Shown one piece after another: positions 23,504 to 37,130 of a stretch of 64,000 bases of DNA. A program made the translations under genes and the position numbers. A model generated the notes under the pieces. That model was given only the letters and a program-made list of their open reading frames with translations, did no database searches and had not been told where the DNA came from. Numbering within the stretch: position 1 is the first letter of the stretch; each line of letters opens with the position of its first letter. Origin of the DNA: Massalongia carnosa (Eukaryota); the NCBI GenBank assembly GCA_965645245.1, contig OZ287069.1, positions 2,852,001-2,916,000 on the forward strand. The letters run 5' to 3'.

Positions 23504-25772
23504 TGCACAACTGCTCTGTACTTTGATTTTGCCCAGCGTCATCCTTTGACACCGACCTCGGGAATATCTCGTCATTAAACTGCGGCTGAGGGGTGCGAAT
23601 GCGAGTTAATACCTTGCCGTGCACTGCGCATAGTACAGGGAACCACCGTTAAAGCCAGGCAGTCAGATAGATTACATCTGGCGAGTACAAAGTACTTTGA
23701 GTACGTACAAAATACTCAAGCATTCGTAACTATCCCGCAATAGGGTATTTGACGAGTAACTTTAACGCGAATGGCTATGTTTTTAATGAAGAGCCAATTG
23801 CGAGACACTAGAGCCAACGCGTCAATCTTCCAGGCAGCTAAAGCATTTAGTTAGATTTTGAGAGTTCGGCGTTAGTGGAGGCGCGATTGTGGATGAACGT
23901 GTGAATATGCAGTCGTGTGGTTAGGGGGGGTGGGTTGGTGGAGGTGGGTTTGGGGTTGGGGTTGGGGTAGAGGTGGCTTAGGGGAGGTGGGAGGAAAGCG
24001 ATTGGTAAGCTAGTAACAGAGAACTCCGGAATGGGAGTACTTTGGAGGTACCTATCGAGATTACCTACCACCCTGTTCTGTACAAAATATAGATTAGTTA
24101 TGGCCTAAATAAGGCAATCTAGTCACATTGCTAATGGATTTGCTCGTGATACCAAAGGGATGCTACTTTGTATCCTGTCACGGCTAGTTAGTTGATCGTC
24201 GTCATCATCATGACGACGAACCTTAGGTATAGAGCAGGTACTCTCTACTCTGCACAGAGTACAATAGTCTCAAAGCATAAAGCTGCCGAGTATATGGTGC
24301 AATCAAATGCTTACATATCTATTGTAAGTCTTGTGGCATGATCGGCATAGAAATGTATCAAAATGAAAAAGCTGATGTCGATCATCACCGCGAGCGATGC
24401 TGGAATTAAGGCAATTAATTTCGCGAATAGAGAACGCTTTTTGCACGGTGTTGTGAGGCGGTGAATAATGCCGGACTCTGGGCTCAGAAACCGTTGATCG
24501 ATACTCTAATAATAAAAACCAGAAAGCAAAAAGAGCCATAGCCATGGTTACAGGACGCACCCGTGTCGCTTGAGAAAATACTGATTGATGACCCTGAAGT
24601 GGTAAACCCCTCCGGCACTCCGGCGGCGAGATAAATCAGCAGCAGTGGGCAGTCATGGAAGAATCACCTGGGCAAATACCCCACGTCGCTCAGAAGCTTC
24701 TGGCTCTGCTGGCTCTGCTGGCTCTGCTGGCGTAGTACGCCTGCGCTGCGTGAGATTTTACCTTTGCCCTTTTCGCGTTTGGCTTCCATTGCGATGATCC
24801 TGTGCTCCCTTTCTCGCATTCAGGTCGTGATCAGAATCATTGGACGATATCTGTCGCTTGAAAATTTGTGGTGGTGGTTGTCGGCTCGCGGAAACCCATC
24901 ATCCGTATTAACTTGATCTCGGAGTCTCCGCTCTAGCCAGTGAGTTTTATTCACTTACCTACCTACCCAGCTAGGTAGTAAGTGATATTGCTCCATGCAA
25001 ACAATGCGAACTCATGGGTGGGTATGAAATACCTCATACTACGCGTCCTCGATTTCTTTGCTGCTATTCGTGGAAGATAAGGCGTACTATCGGCCGTCGA
25101 GCAACCAGGCAGCAACGTCAGAGTCAACCCCAATTCACTAGCCTAAATTGGCAAGTTAAGCCAGAGAACCCATCAGAATCGTTACGGAGTAGTCACATCC
25201 AGCATGTTTACCAGCCAGAGAGTACCCAACTTCTCGTCAAACCCGATGCTTCAAGGTTTAAGTATTCAAGATCCCCCTTTGGTGAATTGTCTAATCTGAA
25301 AGCGTGTTCCCTGTGCCGCAATCATCCCCCACCTAATTCGAAAACCTAGCCAAGAACCTGGAGATTCATGCAAGAATATTCATGCGTGTCTCCGAATCAA
25401 AACGCCACTCATCACGTATCGCTAACCTTTTCGACTTCTATGCCGCCCTTTTCTCTAAAAATCAAGGTAGAGTTGTCGTTGAGAATCCTTCTCATGGAGC
25501 GCGGGCTAGAATCCTTCCGCACCCACGTTCGCATATTTAGGATTCCCGACGCTTTATTCGATATGCAGGGCTGCTTCTATTTCAGGACGAGGCTTTGTGG
25601 CTTCCATATGTTCATTGGCTCATGAATGAGGCTTGACCGCCATTCCGCTAAAATAATTATCGTTCAATGCTAGGCTCACGGAAGCATGCTTCCCAATATG
25701 TGAGCATTTTTCCCATGTTAAAGCTTTTCGAAAGTGAGGGCCCTGATGCACGCATGACATGAGACATATCCC

Positions 25773-27903
25773 TCATCCTATCGTTTGCATCTGGTCATCT
25801 CTAAGTACTCCCCGTAGATTTATCATTGTGCAGTTCTTCACCGCTGGCTTGATATGTGTCACCGATAATGTCGCGTTCGATATCTTTTTTTCTGGACTCT
25901 TCCTCCGCACTAGTTACATCTTTAAATACACGATCCATTTGCTTGAGAGATCGACCGCGGGTTTCAGGAACCAAAAAAAATGTCTAGACCAAGGACAACA
26001 AACAGAAGACGGCGAAAAGTGTGCAAGCCCCAAACCCTGTATTCTGAAAAAGTGGTGGTGTGATCAACCCCTGAAAGGGATGTCAGTGCTAGCCGTCACA
26101 GGTTTAAACCAATTTACAATAATGAGATTGTTCAGCCAATTGGAGCATGTGGATAAAGCAACTCCCTTCGCCCGTAGGTTTGACGGAAATATCTCAGATG
26201 GTAATGCTCGTGGCACAGGTCCCCAAGATGCCCCAAAGCTAAACATATAACAGCTGCTATCTGAAAGTTAGTGAGGATAGACTAGGGAAGATTAATATAT
26301 TGGGTAGAAAAGCTTACAAATCCAACACTTATCCATCCAGCGCTGCGGTGAGCAGGCCAGTCGCTGCAATACTTGCCTACCAAAACTACAATGATTAAGT
26401 GCGCCAAGGTCATGAAGAAGTTGCCCCAGAGAAGTAGAGGGCGCCTTCCAAACCTGTCCATTGCCCATAAACTACTAACCACACCAACCAGCTACGGACG
26501 AGTTAGTTAAAAACCTCGAGTTATCGGTATAGAAAAATGCAGAAGATTGTCAAATGAGCGCTAAATCTGAGGCAGGATATACGCTTTCTTGAAAACGTAT
26601 TAAAGACCGCGATGGCAAGAAAATAAGCGATCAAACAACTGATCAAAGCAAAGGCCATAAGGAAATTGGGTTTTCCAACATAACTGAGTGACATTGAGAA
26701 CCCCAGACATGATAAGCTACATGCTATAATCAAGCCCCATGGTTTTGAACAACGTAGGTGAGTAGTATATCTTGATGAGAGTAAACCACATGGCACCTCG
26801 TTCCGTTCTGAGTTCGCAGCAGTACTTACCAGTGCATTGAAATCTACGAATTGCTTTTTTGACCAACATTGTTAGAACCAGCTGGTGACAGCTCTGCTAA
26901 TTTGGAGGCAATTACTTGAAAAAAATATGATTCCAATTCCTACCTGTGTTCTCCTCCAGCATCCAGTCTTGAAGCAATCAGTCCACAAGGCGACTTCAAG
27001 CTTCATACGGTTCTCCACAGTTTTGTGTTGCAGTTCCGGGTGCTTCAAGACGCAGATTTCTCTCTGGAAAGCAACCTCGGCGCGAATGTCATACCATTCT
27101 TATTTCACTTAAGCATCACTTGTTGGAAGCTGGCGTATACTTTCCAGTGCTTCTTTATCATGACCCGTGGAAATTAGCCACCTTGGGCGAAAACGGAAGA
27201 AACGAGATACCAAGGCCAAGCACGAGCCCAAAAGTAACTGAAGTAGAAATGGCAAACGCCAAGCTCATTCGCCGGCCATCAAACGAGTGCCGTAAGTGAT
27301 CCAGAAGGCCACAACGATACCAAAAACGATACTTAACTCTTCAAGAACCAGAAAAGTTCCTCGAATTTCAGGCGGCGAAATCTCTGAGATATGTAGCGGC
27401 GCTACCATATTAAGCATTCCAATTCCCACACCACCTACCAATCGACCTAGCACTAGCATAGCATAATCCATGGATGCTGTTTATAAAATCTAGCCTATAG
27501 AAAAAATCTCTACAGCAACGACAATTGAGTATTTTCTCGAAATCTTGTCGGCAACCAAACCCTGGTTAAAGCACCAAGTAATGCGCCTGATTCAATCATC
27601 GCCGTCATAAGGCCTTTCCAGAACCCCGCTGCAGACGATGTCTGAGACCTGCTTAAAGCGCTCAAGAAAGCTAGGCATGACAAGAACAATACTGACTACT
27701 CCTTGATCATATCCGAATACCATCCCTCCGATGGCAGCAAATACCGCGTAGAGTGTAGTATACGAGTTTCCAAACAAGCCTTGAGAACCGGAGTGTCCAT
27801 ACGGTAATCGAGCTTCCTCCAGTGCCTCAGCGTGGCGTGCGGAGGCGATTTCGTCCTTTGGCAATCGTGTATCGGCATCGTTTTGAGCATATTTAGAAGC
27901 CAT
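25773..27903 (-). pseudogene. MFS sugar-porter family transporter pseudogene
   Basis: GGMVFGYDQG, GRLVGGVGIG..APLHISEISPPEIRG, DRFGRRPLLL and SWGPVP..LPSEIFPSNLRAKG motifs, broken by stops (e.g. AGE*AWRLPF at 27265) and frameshifts. Confidence 0.85.
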
Positions 27904-28950
27904 CTTCTACAATAATCTGTAGCCTTCTCTATACTGGGCTAATGGAAGAACCAAGTAGAAGATGGAGTATTGTTGAAAGGTTTCCCATACTTGGGTTTAA
28001 CGGTAGGTATTCTAGCCTAGGCAATGAATGAAAGGATGTAGGAACCATAAAACTGAGAAGCTCAGTAATATCGCATCTTCTATGGATAAGATTCCAAGTA
28101 GATAAGGTAGATGAAATGAGAACGAAAAGAAAACATGATTATAGGAAGGCATAATGCAAACTTGACGAAATAAAAGCAACCGCTGCCCACACTTCTGTAG
28201 ATTAGGCAGGTCTGCTGCAGGTTGGATGGGAATAAAATCAATCGATTAGGACGTCTTTAACGATTCTTCCCCGCTTGCAGCAACAGTTCATGTCTCTTGC
28301 TCCGCGTGATGTGTGACGTCAAAAGCATTACGCGTAGAAGGGCGAGGAATAGGAATAGAAATATCCTGCCATCCACTAATCAGAGAACCATCGCAACGCC
28401 TAAGGTGAATTCTCTCAGACGGCATGATGTCGGAAGAAGCTTTCGTTCCCTTTTCAAAGGATGGATGGTGGTGATGGTGAATAATGCACGTGTTCCTTCA
28501 GGACGGGGCTTACCCACTAGCAGGCTACCTACAGGTAACTACCGGTACAGTAGCTAATCGATATGCGCGCGTGGTTGCCCCGCCACGTCCAACACATCTA
28601 TCTCCATTCTTCAGGCCCCAGTCTCCGCGTACGAGCCTGTATCTACCTTTAACCCTACATGCAGTAACTAGATTGATAAGTTCACGATCCTGACGGTTTT
28701 CCCTAACGATTCATCTGCAGAAAGGGAGTTATCACTTTGGACTTCTTCACGCGGCTTCTGCGGAACAGCTATTTTTCATTGATAACAAGCAAGCTTGTGA
28801 TCAGAACACGAATATAGCCCTTATAACGAGCAGTTCTTTTCGTCAGATAAAGCAGTATCTTGCAAGAATCTAGTTACGACAGCTATACAAAGAAGCCCCT
28901 AGCTGCGTGTTCGAAATCCCCAACCCCTGGGCATCATTACAGTCCTCGTT

Positions 28951-29475
28951 ATGGCGACCTTTGTGACCAACCTCTTCAGCTCCATCTTCACTCCAGGTCC
29001 TACTCCAACCCTCATCGTTGCGACCAACATATCCTTCGCGGCACTTCAACTCTGCTTGCTTGCGCTCCTCATCCTCACTTACAGCGTGCACTTCGTCATC
29101 CTCTCTTTCCTTAGTGCAGGATTGTGGTGGGCCATTAACTGGTTCGTGACGGAGTTGCAAGCAGCCAACGAGAAGGAGAAAGAGGCAAAACATCTGAGAG
29201 ATATACGAAGGGAATGTGATGAGAACGTAGCGGAGGATAGCGGGACGGAGACTGAAGCTGTGGAGACGGTGGGCGAAGCGGTGCATGTAAAGAAGACAGC
29301 GGAGGAAATCTTATGGCCAACGGCTGGCTCGCATCCTGAGGGAGGATTGCTACGACCTGAGTCAGCTGCAGCTTCGTTGCGCAAGCGGAGAAGCTCGGGA
29401 GAGGCGTCTGGTGGAGACATAAGCACGGATAGCGAATGGGACAAGGTGGAGGAAGAGGGAGATATGGATAGATAG
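28951..29475 (+). CDS. PKR1: V-ATPase assembly factor Pkr1 (ER membrane)
   Basis: LFSSIFTPGPTPTLIVATNISF..LQ...SVHFVILSFLSAGLWWAINWF..EL signature. Confidence 0.85.
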   Translation: MATFVTNLFSSIFTPGPTPTLIVATNISFAALQLCLLALLILTYSVHFVILSFLSAGLWWAINWFVTELQAANEKEKEAKHLRDIRRECDENVAEDSGTETEAVETVGEAVHVKKTAEEILWPTAGSHPEGGLLRPESAAASLRKRRSSGEASGGDISTDSEWDKVEEEGDMDR

Positions 29476-29906
29476 AGAACATGTCAAAGCCCAGCGGATG
29501 AACGGGCATATATCGTTATGCTGTGCAAAACGCACTATGCTTTTGGTATTTTACAGGTAGCATCAACGCGGGTATTCGAAACTCAGTAAGACTTGTCAGT
29601 GAAGGGGAGTTGTTCGCTTAGCACTCAGCACTTTCGTACAGGTCAATTGCAGGGATGCGGTTGCAAAGCCCTAACAAACTCATCGGTTGCATCTAGCCTG
29701 CATAAATACCACAGCAGGGCACGCGTTCGTTATGCACACTGTACCTAGCGCAACCACCTTGTGCGCCAAAACTGTCATACAATAATACCTATCTACAGAA
29801 TACAGATACCTATACGAACCAATTCCCAACTCCAAACATACATCTACTAAGCTCAGCTCCGATCGCCATCTCCAAGCATTCAAAACCAGATTCCTAAGGA
29901 GAAAAA

Positions 29907-30524
29907 ATGAAGCTCGTCAGGTAAGCTACCGCCCGACCCAAAAATATCCACCCAAACATCAAAGCTAAGCTTCATTCTTCGTTTTGCGAAGCGTCGTTTC
30001 CCCGGGAAGAACTTTCTTTGGCTGACCTTTTGGAACGTTTACCCATCAATCTAGGTTCTTGATGAAATGCGCCAACGAAACCGTTACTATTGAGCTGAAG
30101 AATGGTAAATTTCCCTTTTGGCAATATGAGCCCTTCTAATAACAGTTCTCCCCTGTTTACTCAATTATGCTATGGAACCTACCCCTTTAATGATCTGTGT
30201 TCAGGCACCATTCTCCATGGCACCATCACTTCTGTCTCTCCGCAAATGAACACCGCCCTGCGCGCCGTCAAGATGACCCCTCGCGGCCGCGACCCCATCT
30301 CGCTTGACACAATAAATATCCGCGGGTCGACTATTCGTTACTACATCCTTCCAGACTCGCTGCCGCTGGACACTCTGCTGATTGATGACGCGCCGAAACC
30401 GAAAAATAAGGCGCGGAAGGAGGCGGCGGATCGAGGCGGCAGGGGAGGCAGAGGTGGGCCGAGGGGTAGGGGTAGGGGAGGATTTAGAGGAGGGAGAGGC
30501 AGGGGTGGTGGGAGGGGCATGTAG
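29907..30524 (+). CDS. SMD1: Small nuclear ribonucleoprotein Sm D1; exons 29907-29920, 30055-30104, 30205-30524
   Basis: Spliced product [38 protein letters not shown]...[21 protein letters not shown] with an RG-rich tail. Confidence 0.95.
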
Positions 30525-30810
30525 TGGTGGTTTAATGCTGGAAGGTGTGGTGGATGTGTGGGCTGTCTTTCAGAAACATCATCTCATTGTATCGGAGGAA
30601 ACGCTAAGCCGAAATGGAGAGCGTCGATGTTGTCTATACCCGAAACATTCGTATATGGAGCTTTTTATGGGATTGGTATGGAAAGTTTGGATCTTTCTTG
30701 AACGCCAGGAGCGCCGTTACCTCGATATGGGACTGATAGTACTGAAATTTTGAACTTGGCGCGACTTCTTCTCTTATGGGTCCTAAGCGATGCATCTTGG
30801 AACTCAGAAA

Positions 30811-31659
30811 TCAACTCGTTTCAGCTTCGACATCCACGCTCTGAACGCGACCGATACGGAGAATCTGCAATCTCTCCCAACCGCCTGTCTTGCCAGATCG
30901 GCCGACGACGCTAACGGACCAGCCCGGCCCCCACTGATGAATGTATTTTATAAGTTCATCCGGGTTGTTCTGTTTACAAAGCAAAACATAGGCTATCCCT
31001 CTCTTAGGGCATAAGATACGAGGAATATCGTCCAGAAGCCTCTGTGTAACTTCCATCCCGTTTTCACCACCAGCGTATGAAAGAGCCAGTAAATGAGAGT
31101 CATTCTTAAACGTTCTTGACTTTATATTCAATACACATCCATCACAATCAAGCTCTGCCCTTGCAGCATTTGGGAGATCGGATGTTGGCACATAAGGCGG
31201 ATTGAAGATGAGCACGTCGATCAGCCCAGTTCGTATAGGGGTCGCAAGATCAGCATTCATGATAGCTAGAAGGTTCTTCGAAGCTATAACAGATTGGGTT
31301 GGTAAGTTTGTAGGGTGTTGCATCCTTCCATCCTGGCAAGCTTGCAACACTGTTTGCAGGCTCGCTTGACAAGCATATGGATTGATATCCGTGCCTAGAC
31401 TTAATATGTCTCCCCTTCCGAATATTTCTTGGGCATGGGCTGTGAGAAACGCCAGAACAACTCCAGAGCCTGTTCCTACCTCTAGGATCAGCGGGGGTGA
31501 CGTTGTTCCGTTTGCTGGTTCTATGGAGCCGAGGAAACGGTCCTTGAGAAACCGAATCTCGGTCTTCGACGAGAGTGTATTTAGAAAGAGGAAGGAATCC
31601 TCTGCTGGTTCGTAAATGCGATCTGTGTTGACATGAGATGTGGAGGGCGTCGGCAGCAT
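30811..31659 (-). CDS. MTQ2: eRF1 N5-glutamine methyltransferase (HemK family)
   Basis: MLPTPSTSHV..IYEPAEDSFLFL, LEVGTGSG, FNPPYVPT, SYAGG.NG.EV. Confidence 0.9.
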   Translation of the reverse strand: MLPTPSTSHVNTDRIYEPAEDSFLFLNTLSSKTEIRFLKDRFLGSIEPANGTTSPPLILEVGTGSGVVLAFLTAHAQEIFGRGDILSLGTDINPYACQASLQTVLQACQDGRMQHPTNLPTQSVIASKNLLAIMNADLATPIRTGLIDVLIFNPPYVPTSDLPNAARAELDCDGCVLNIKSRTFKNDSHLLALSYAGGENGMEVTQRLLDDIPRILCPKRGIAYVLLCKQNNPDELIKYIHQWGPGWSVSVVGRSGKTGGWERLQILRIGRVQSVDVEAETS

Positions 31660-31937
31660 TGCTAAATCGCCATAAGATGTATACCAAAAGTATGAACGAA
31701 AGCTTGGGTACTTGAGAGGATGTCCTGGCAATGATTCTTGTAGCACAAAGGCATCACAGGGAAAAAACTAAAGGATATCATGACAAACAATGGGAAGGAC
31801 CGATTAGGGCTAAACTACCCAAAGTAGCTAGCGTTTCGCTTGCAAACTGCATGATGATGTAAGATTGAAGGTCCAGCTTGTTACAACAAACCTATTTCTA
31901 TTTTTCTTACTCATTACAAGCATTAACTTCTCCGAAT

Positions 31938-32452
31938 ATGAAGGTTTCAGCGTGGTTACTCGCTATGCCTACCGCTGCTGGGACGACCAAGGGGTTAAAA
32001 CCTGCTCCACTAGCTTTACTCCCTCCTATTCCTCTCTACAGAAGGTTGTTTCGTACGCACCGAAAATTTCTGCCAAATGAAATGCGACTTCTGGGGGATG
32101 AATACATTAAGCATGAGTTCCGCGAACATCAAAAGACTGATAATCCTATGCATATTGTATAAATACTTTGTTCTTCGTTATAGATGAATTTTTTTGGCTA
32201 ACGGACTTGTGATGGTAGATTGGCTTCTTGACCGAATGGCAGATGTATGCTCAGAAAATAGAGGGTGACTCATGGCTAGGGGAGAAATTAGATAAGAGCA
32301 AGATTGATAAGATGAGTGGTATAGAGTTAATTCGGACGATGGAGAAAATTGAGCTCATACAATTGAATATAGATCAACAGTTGGGCCAACTCTACGAACT
32401 CATGCAAGCCATACAACGAAAGAGCCATGATGAGGATGATAGAGATCCATGA
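31938..32452 (+). CDS. SDH7: Succinate dehydrogenase assembly factor 3 (ACN9/Sdh7, LYR family); exons 31938-32156, 32219-32318, 32373-32452
   Basis: LLPPIPLYRRLFRTHRKFLP.EMRLLGDEYIK.EFR.H...DNP.HIIGFLTEWQ.Y...DQQLGQLYELM. Confidence 0.9.
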
Positions 32453-33041
32453 ATCATTCGTTTCTAGAAAGGTGCTTCCGGAGAATATCACATTTTCACC
32501 TAGGTGGAAAGTGAATGAATCTTATTCATCTTGGGTAAGTACAACGTCCCCACATATCGCCTTGCCAGCCATAAAACTAACTCAGTCATACGACCCACCC
32601 GGTTTACATAAACTTCTACACTCTCGCAGTTGAATAGCACCACTACTTTTGCATTTGAGGAGTCGAGCGATGTGTGGGGCACAGATATAACTTTAAGTTT
32701 GACAACTCCAATTTCAATGCCCTTCGCTGGCAGCACGACTGACTTCTGAAGCTAATATTCATCTATCTAAAGATAGCTCTTTACTCCTCGAGACCTATAT
32801 GTTATATTCATTACCCGCGCTTTCTTTGCAACATTCAATCGTCGCCATCCACCGAGCAGAAATCGATAACCCAAACCGCTTCTGTCAAAGTTGCGCATTG
32901 GCCTAGTCCTGATATTATTTATCGCTTTAACCCTTAACCTTCGTCATTGGCATTCCTGCTCTGACATCTCCGGCTCGACACTACGTGATCCACCCATTCT
33001 AATCCATCAAGACTTAGCAATCCTAAAGTGGCGTCCTAAGC

Positions 33042-33347
33042 ATGTGCGGCGCTCAGATTTACAGGTCACAAACCTGCGCACATTATTGGATAGCCCTAAC
33101 GACCCCATGCGCCAAAGATAAAAACATCAACAATTGCGCTTCCTTCCAGGACGGTCGAGCTCGCCCCCAAAGTGGATTACGTCAAGCGCTTGCCCCTCCT
33201 AAATCTTGCCCACACTGTGATCTGAAGGGGGTTTATGATGGTAGCCATCTACGTATGATTAAGAAATTCAAGGTTGGCACCAAACTTGGGGCTGGGCCCA
33301 GCAGATCGCGTTCTGGGATCGAGCTCATTTGTTGTACCGTTATGTAA
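33042..33347 (+). CDS. Small Cys-rich hypothetical protein ending in CCaaX
   Basis: Single-exon 101-aa ORF with C..HYW, PC and CPHC motifs and terminal CCTVM. Confidence 0.6.
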   Translation: MCGAQIYRSQTCAHYWIALTTPCAKDKNINNCASFQDGRARPQSGLRQALAPPKSCPHCDLKGVYDGSHLRMIKKFKVGTKLGAGPSRSRSGIELICCTVM

Positions 33348-33782
33348 TGAATGGATAATCGGAAGGAAGATAATGGGGAATTTATAACCTGTATACACCT
33401 ACTTTGGAAGACCTTTTTGGGGAAATAGATTTGTCATTCTTGCACGACTGGCCTGTACACATTCATTTTTCTGTAGTAGATGATTTGTAATAGATTTAAT
33501 AATTGAATATTGGATAAGCCTTGACGCTAGTACTTACAAGGATCATCATCAGTTTGCGTGTCACGTGCGTTGCTGGCACAACGAGGCAGTTGATTGATTA
33601 ACTAGTTCTAGATGTTGTTAGATCCAGATTTGACCGACACTTTCAAGCATCAGCGGGACTCCTGCGCTCCCGCAAAGATGATATCATAAAGAGATCAACG
33701 TGAATGAGCTCGACTTTGAGCTTCAGAATAGAACATATCAACTAGATGTTGACAACCTAGCTTCACACGGATTGTGTCCGAG

Positions 33783-36700
33783 ATGGAGCTTGATGGAGCA
33801 ATCTTAAAGCCACCTATTGATAGTTCAAGGTCGCTCCTGGACTGTGGGTATATTAATTCATGCCCTTACGATCAATTCCTGATTGATCAGCCTACGTTTT
33901 CCGATGCAAACAGTACTCCCTTTTGGAAATCTGCGACTCAAACGAATGGGGCAAACGACGGCCTAGGAACGAAAGCTGTGCTGGCAAGATTACTGAAGGG
34001 TAAGGAGCGAGAATGGGCTTCGGTTATCGAGAACAAGAATGGCCCTTTGCGGCTGCTGGATCTGCCTATGGATATATTGAAGGAAATTGTCAAAGAGGTT
34101 AGGAGTTGGTCTTCAGAAAGCCTGTGGATGGATCTTGTCTAACTAGAACATAGGTTACGCATACCAATGATCTGGCTTCCCTAGCATTGACTCATTCTGC
34201 ACTCCATAACCTTGCTATACCTCATATATACTCGAGGTTCGATATAGTATGGCCTGAAGCGCATAGTTCAGCAGAACCACGGACTGGAGTGGATGCTTTG
34301 ACTTATGGCCTCGCTACGCTAGTCATGAGCGATGAGTTGTTTAAGAATGGTGGTTTTCACGACAAGAAAAGAAACCAGGGCTTCTGCCAGCAGTGCACCT
34401 GCGATCAATGTCAATTCGTTAAATCATCAGCGACCACGGCCCTTCATCCAGTAAAAACGCTTCGAAGGGGAAACTATTTCTCTCAATTTACGAGAAAGTT
34501 CTCCCTTGGCAATGGGCCACCAGATTGGGTGTCAGAGTACCTTATCACCAAAGAAGGGGGCAAAATGCTTGGTACCTTAGTTGCTCTATCGATTGCTAGG
34601 ATGCCGAATCTAGAGACTTTTATATGGGATATGCCCACCGGGATCCTTCGAGATGTTTGGATTTCTTTAGCTTCATTAGGTGACCGGAGGCACGGTGCGA
34701 AACCGAGGCTGGAGAAGGTCTGGATCCGGTTTCATGACAATCGAGATGGTCTTCCCGACACACAGCCCTCTAGTGGACCACAGTCTACTCCAGGAAATTT
34801 GGGCGTGCAACCCAATACGCCATCACTGCACTCAGCGCAGGAACTCAGCCGTACACCACTCCCTACCTTGCTCGAAAGGTCAATACGCCGTACTGAGCAT
34901 CCTAACTTCTCAATTCTCTCTCCGTTGAGAAGTCTTAGCGTTTTGGATATTGATGAGCCTGCCTATCTTGGTGAGATTAGCTTGCTGCTAGAGAAATCAA
35001 TCGAGAGGCTGCGCGAGCTCCGGATAGGCCTTGCTCTGTCAGTCTCCGACTCAGGATGGGCATCTCTGGCTTCAGAAGCTGGACAGTCATCATCTCCTGA
35101 AACTTCTGATGAAGATGACAATACATGTGGTAATGTTTTCTCAGTGATAATGAAGAGAGTATGCGATCGAAGGGTTGAAACCCCTCTCTCTACCAATTCG
35201 AGGAGCGTAGACCTCCTAATGAAAAGCTCTTTCGCCACAGATAATGGACTCCAGATGGGAGATAACGCCAACCAACTATGGCAAACCACGGTGTTTCCGC
35301 AGGCAGCCTTTCCAAGCTATAAAGCAACCCCAACCACAGCAACGACTGGGAGTTCTAGCACTGGTTTGATAGATACCCCTGTGCCTATTAGCGAATCAGA
35401 TCTTGTTAAGCCGCTGCAACCATTGTTGATTCAGCCTCCACCCCCGAAGTCTATATTCCGTGATGAAGAGATGTATCAGCAAGAACAGCCGCTTTCAGAG
35501 CAAAGTGAAAACAATGAGGAACATACAAAGCCACACGATACTCTTCCGCACGAAGCTATTAAGCCCCAAAAACTACAGCTGGAAGTATTAGAAGTGGAGA
35601 GAACTTTATTGAATGTGAAAGTACTTCAAGAGTCAATAAATTGGTCAACAATCCAAACCTTGACTTTGTTACAATGTGGATTTCATGAACAGATTTGGAA
35701 GGCTCTTCGACGAGTGTATGCCCCTCGATCGACCGCATTCAAAACTTCACCATCCTCTTCTGTACCATCCAAGCGACTGTCATCGCGACCATCTCTTCGT
35801 TTGATCTCGCCTTCCATTCCCCAGTCTAGTCGACTACGTCGGTCTTCTGCAATGGATTTACAATCCATTCCATCTTTGTCGTATAGACTAAGTCTTAAAA
35901 GGATCCACACTGACGCCGTTTCAAATGCTTTGATATCGTTCCTCAAGGATACGCTTGCTCCGAATAGTCTCGAGTGGATGTTTCTCCAAGACGGTAGGGA
36001 ACATAACTCGCCTGTCACAATTGATGCTATCTTCCGCGGGCCTCTTCGGCGTCATCGAAGCAGTCTCACTAAGGTAATGATTGATAGCGCTATTGGTAAA
36101 CCTGACAGTACTACTAATGCGAAACGAAAGAAATGGATGTTCAACCGAGAATTACTTGCATTCATAACGAGCGGTAAGATGAATTGCCTCAAAGAGCTGG
36201 CAATGGCGGTGGATTACAAGGACTGGGTATGTGAACCTCGTCGCAGCAGTTGATTGTTGACTGGCATCTGACAGACCCGTAGCATTTCTTCGTTCAAAGA
36301 TTACCTCACATCCCACATCTCCGCTCGCTCTATGTGCCTTATATCGCCGATCATGTCTATGGTCATCAAGTAAATGCTAAGGAGCTAGCTCTGCAACTCG
36401 TCGATGTGGTAGCAATCCGGCCTGAAATCGAGTTGTGCTACATGGCTTTCTCTACAACCTGCTTTGAATTGCTGGAGAACAGGCATATCGACGAACCAAG
36501 CTGGTCTCGTTTTGATACGTCCATAGCTCCTGTTCAAGCCGGGCCTAATGTGAATGACGAACACACCGACGGTGAGGGATATCACGATGAGGCTGACGAC
36601 CAGAACAACGGGGCAGACCCAACAACTTCTCCAAATTCAGACGAATCAGACGAATCAGGGTCGGATGCAAGCGAGAGCAGTGCTGATGAATCTGATAAGG

Positions 36701-36804
36701 AACAGTCCGAAATAGAAAGCCAACGACCGACATTGAAGCTACGAGAGATTCTGTTTTACGATGATAAAGTATCAATTTTCAAGGCTAGACACGGTCGGTT
36801 GTAG
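33783..36804 (+). CDS. F-box domain protein; exons 33783-34097, 34154-36226, 36283-36804
   Basis: LRLLDLPMDILKEIVKEVTHTNDLASLALTHSALH F-box; in-frame GT-AG junctions; C-terminal LREILFYDDKVSIFKARHGRL. Confidence 0.85.
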
Positions 36805-37130
36805 ATTGATCAAGGAGCACATGTGAGTTGGTAAAAGCGGCACGCCCACCCATGGGCCCTTTCATGATTTTCAGAGGGCCACATCTTTTTCTCTGTTTAA
36901 CAAGCATAGATAGCGAAGGGTAAATGGATGATCATCAATATTAGGCTATTGATCATGGTGCGTACATGCTCATGAGATTTATTTGTTGAGTATGTTCTTG
37001 GCTTGCCGCCGTAGGTAGGTATTTATCTATCCTGTGGGTAGTATTTATGGCTAAGGCTCACCGCTTAGTCAATTCATGTCTATTTAAGTAAACAGTATAG
37101 AAATCACGGTTATGAGAATCATGTTTCCTG

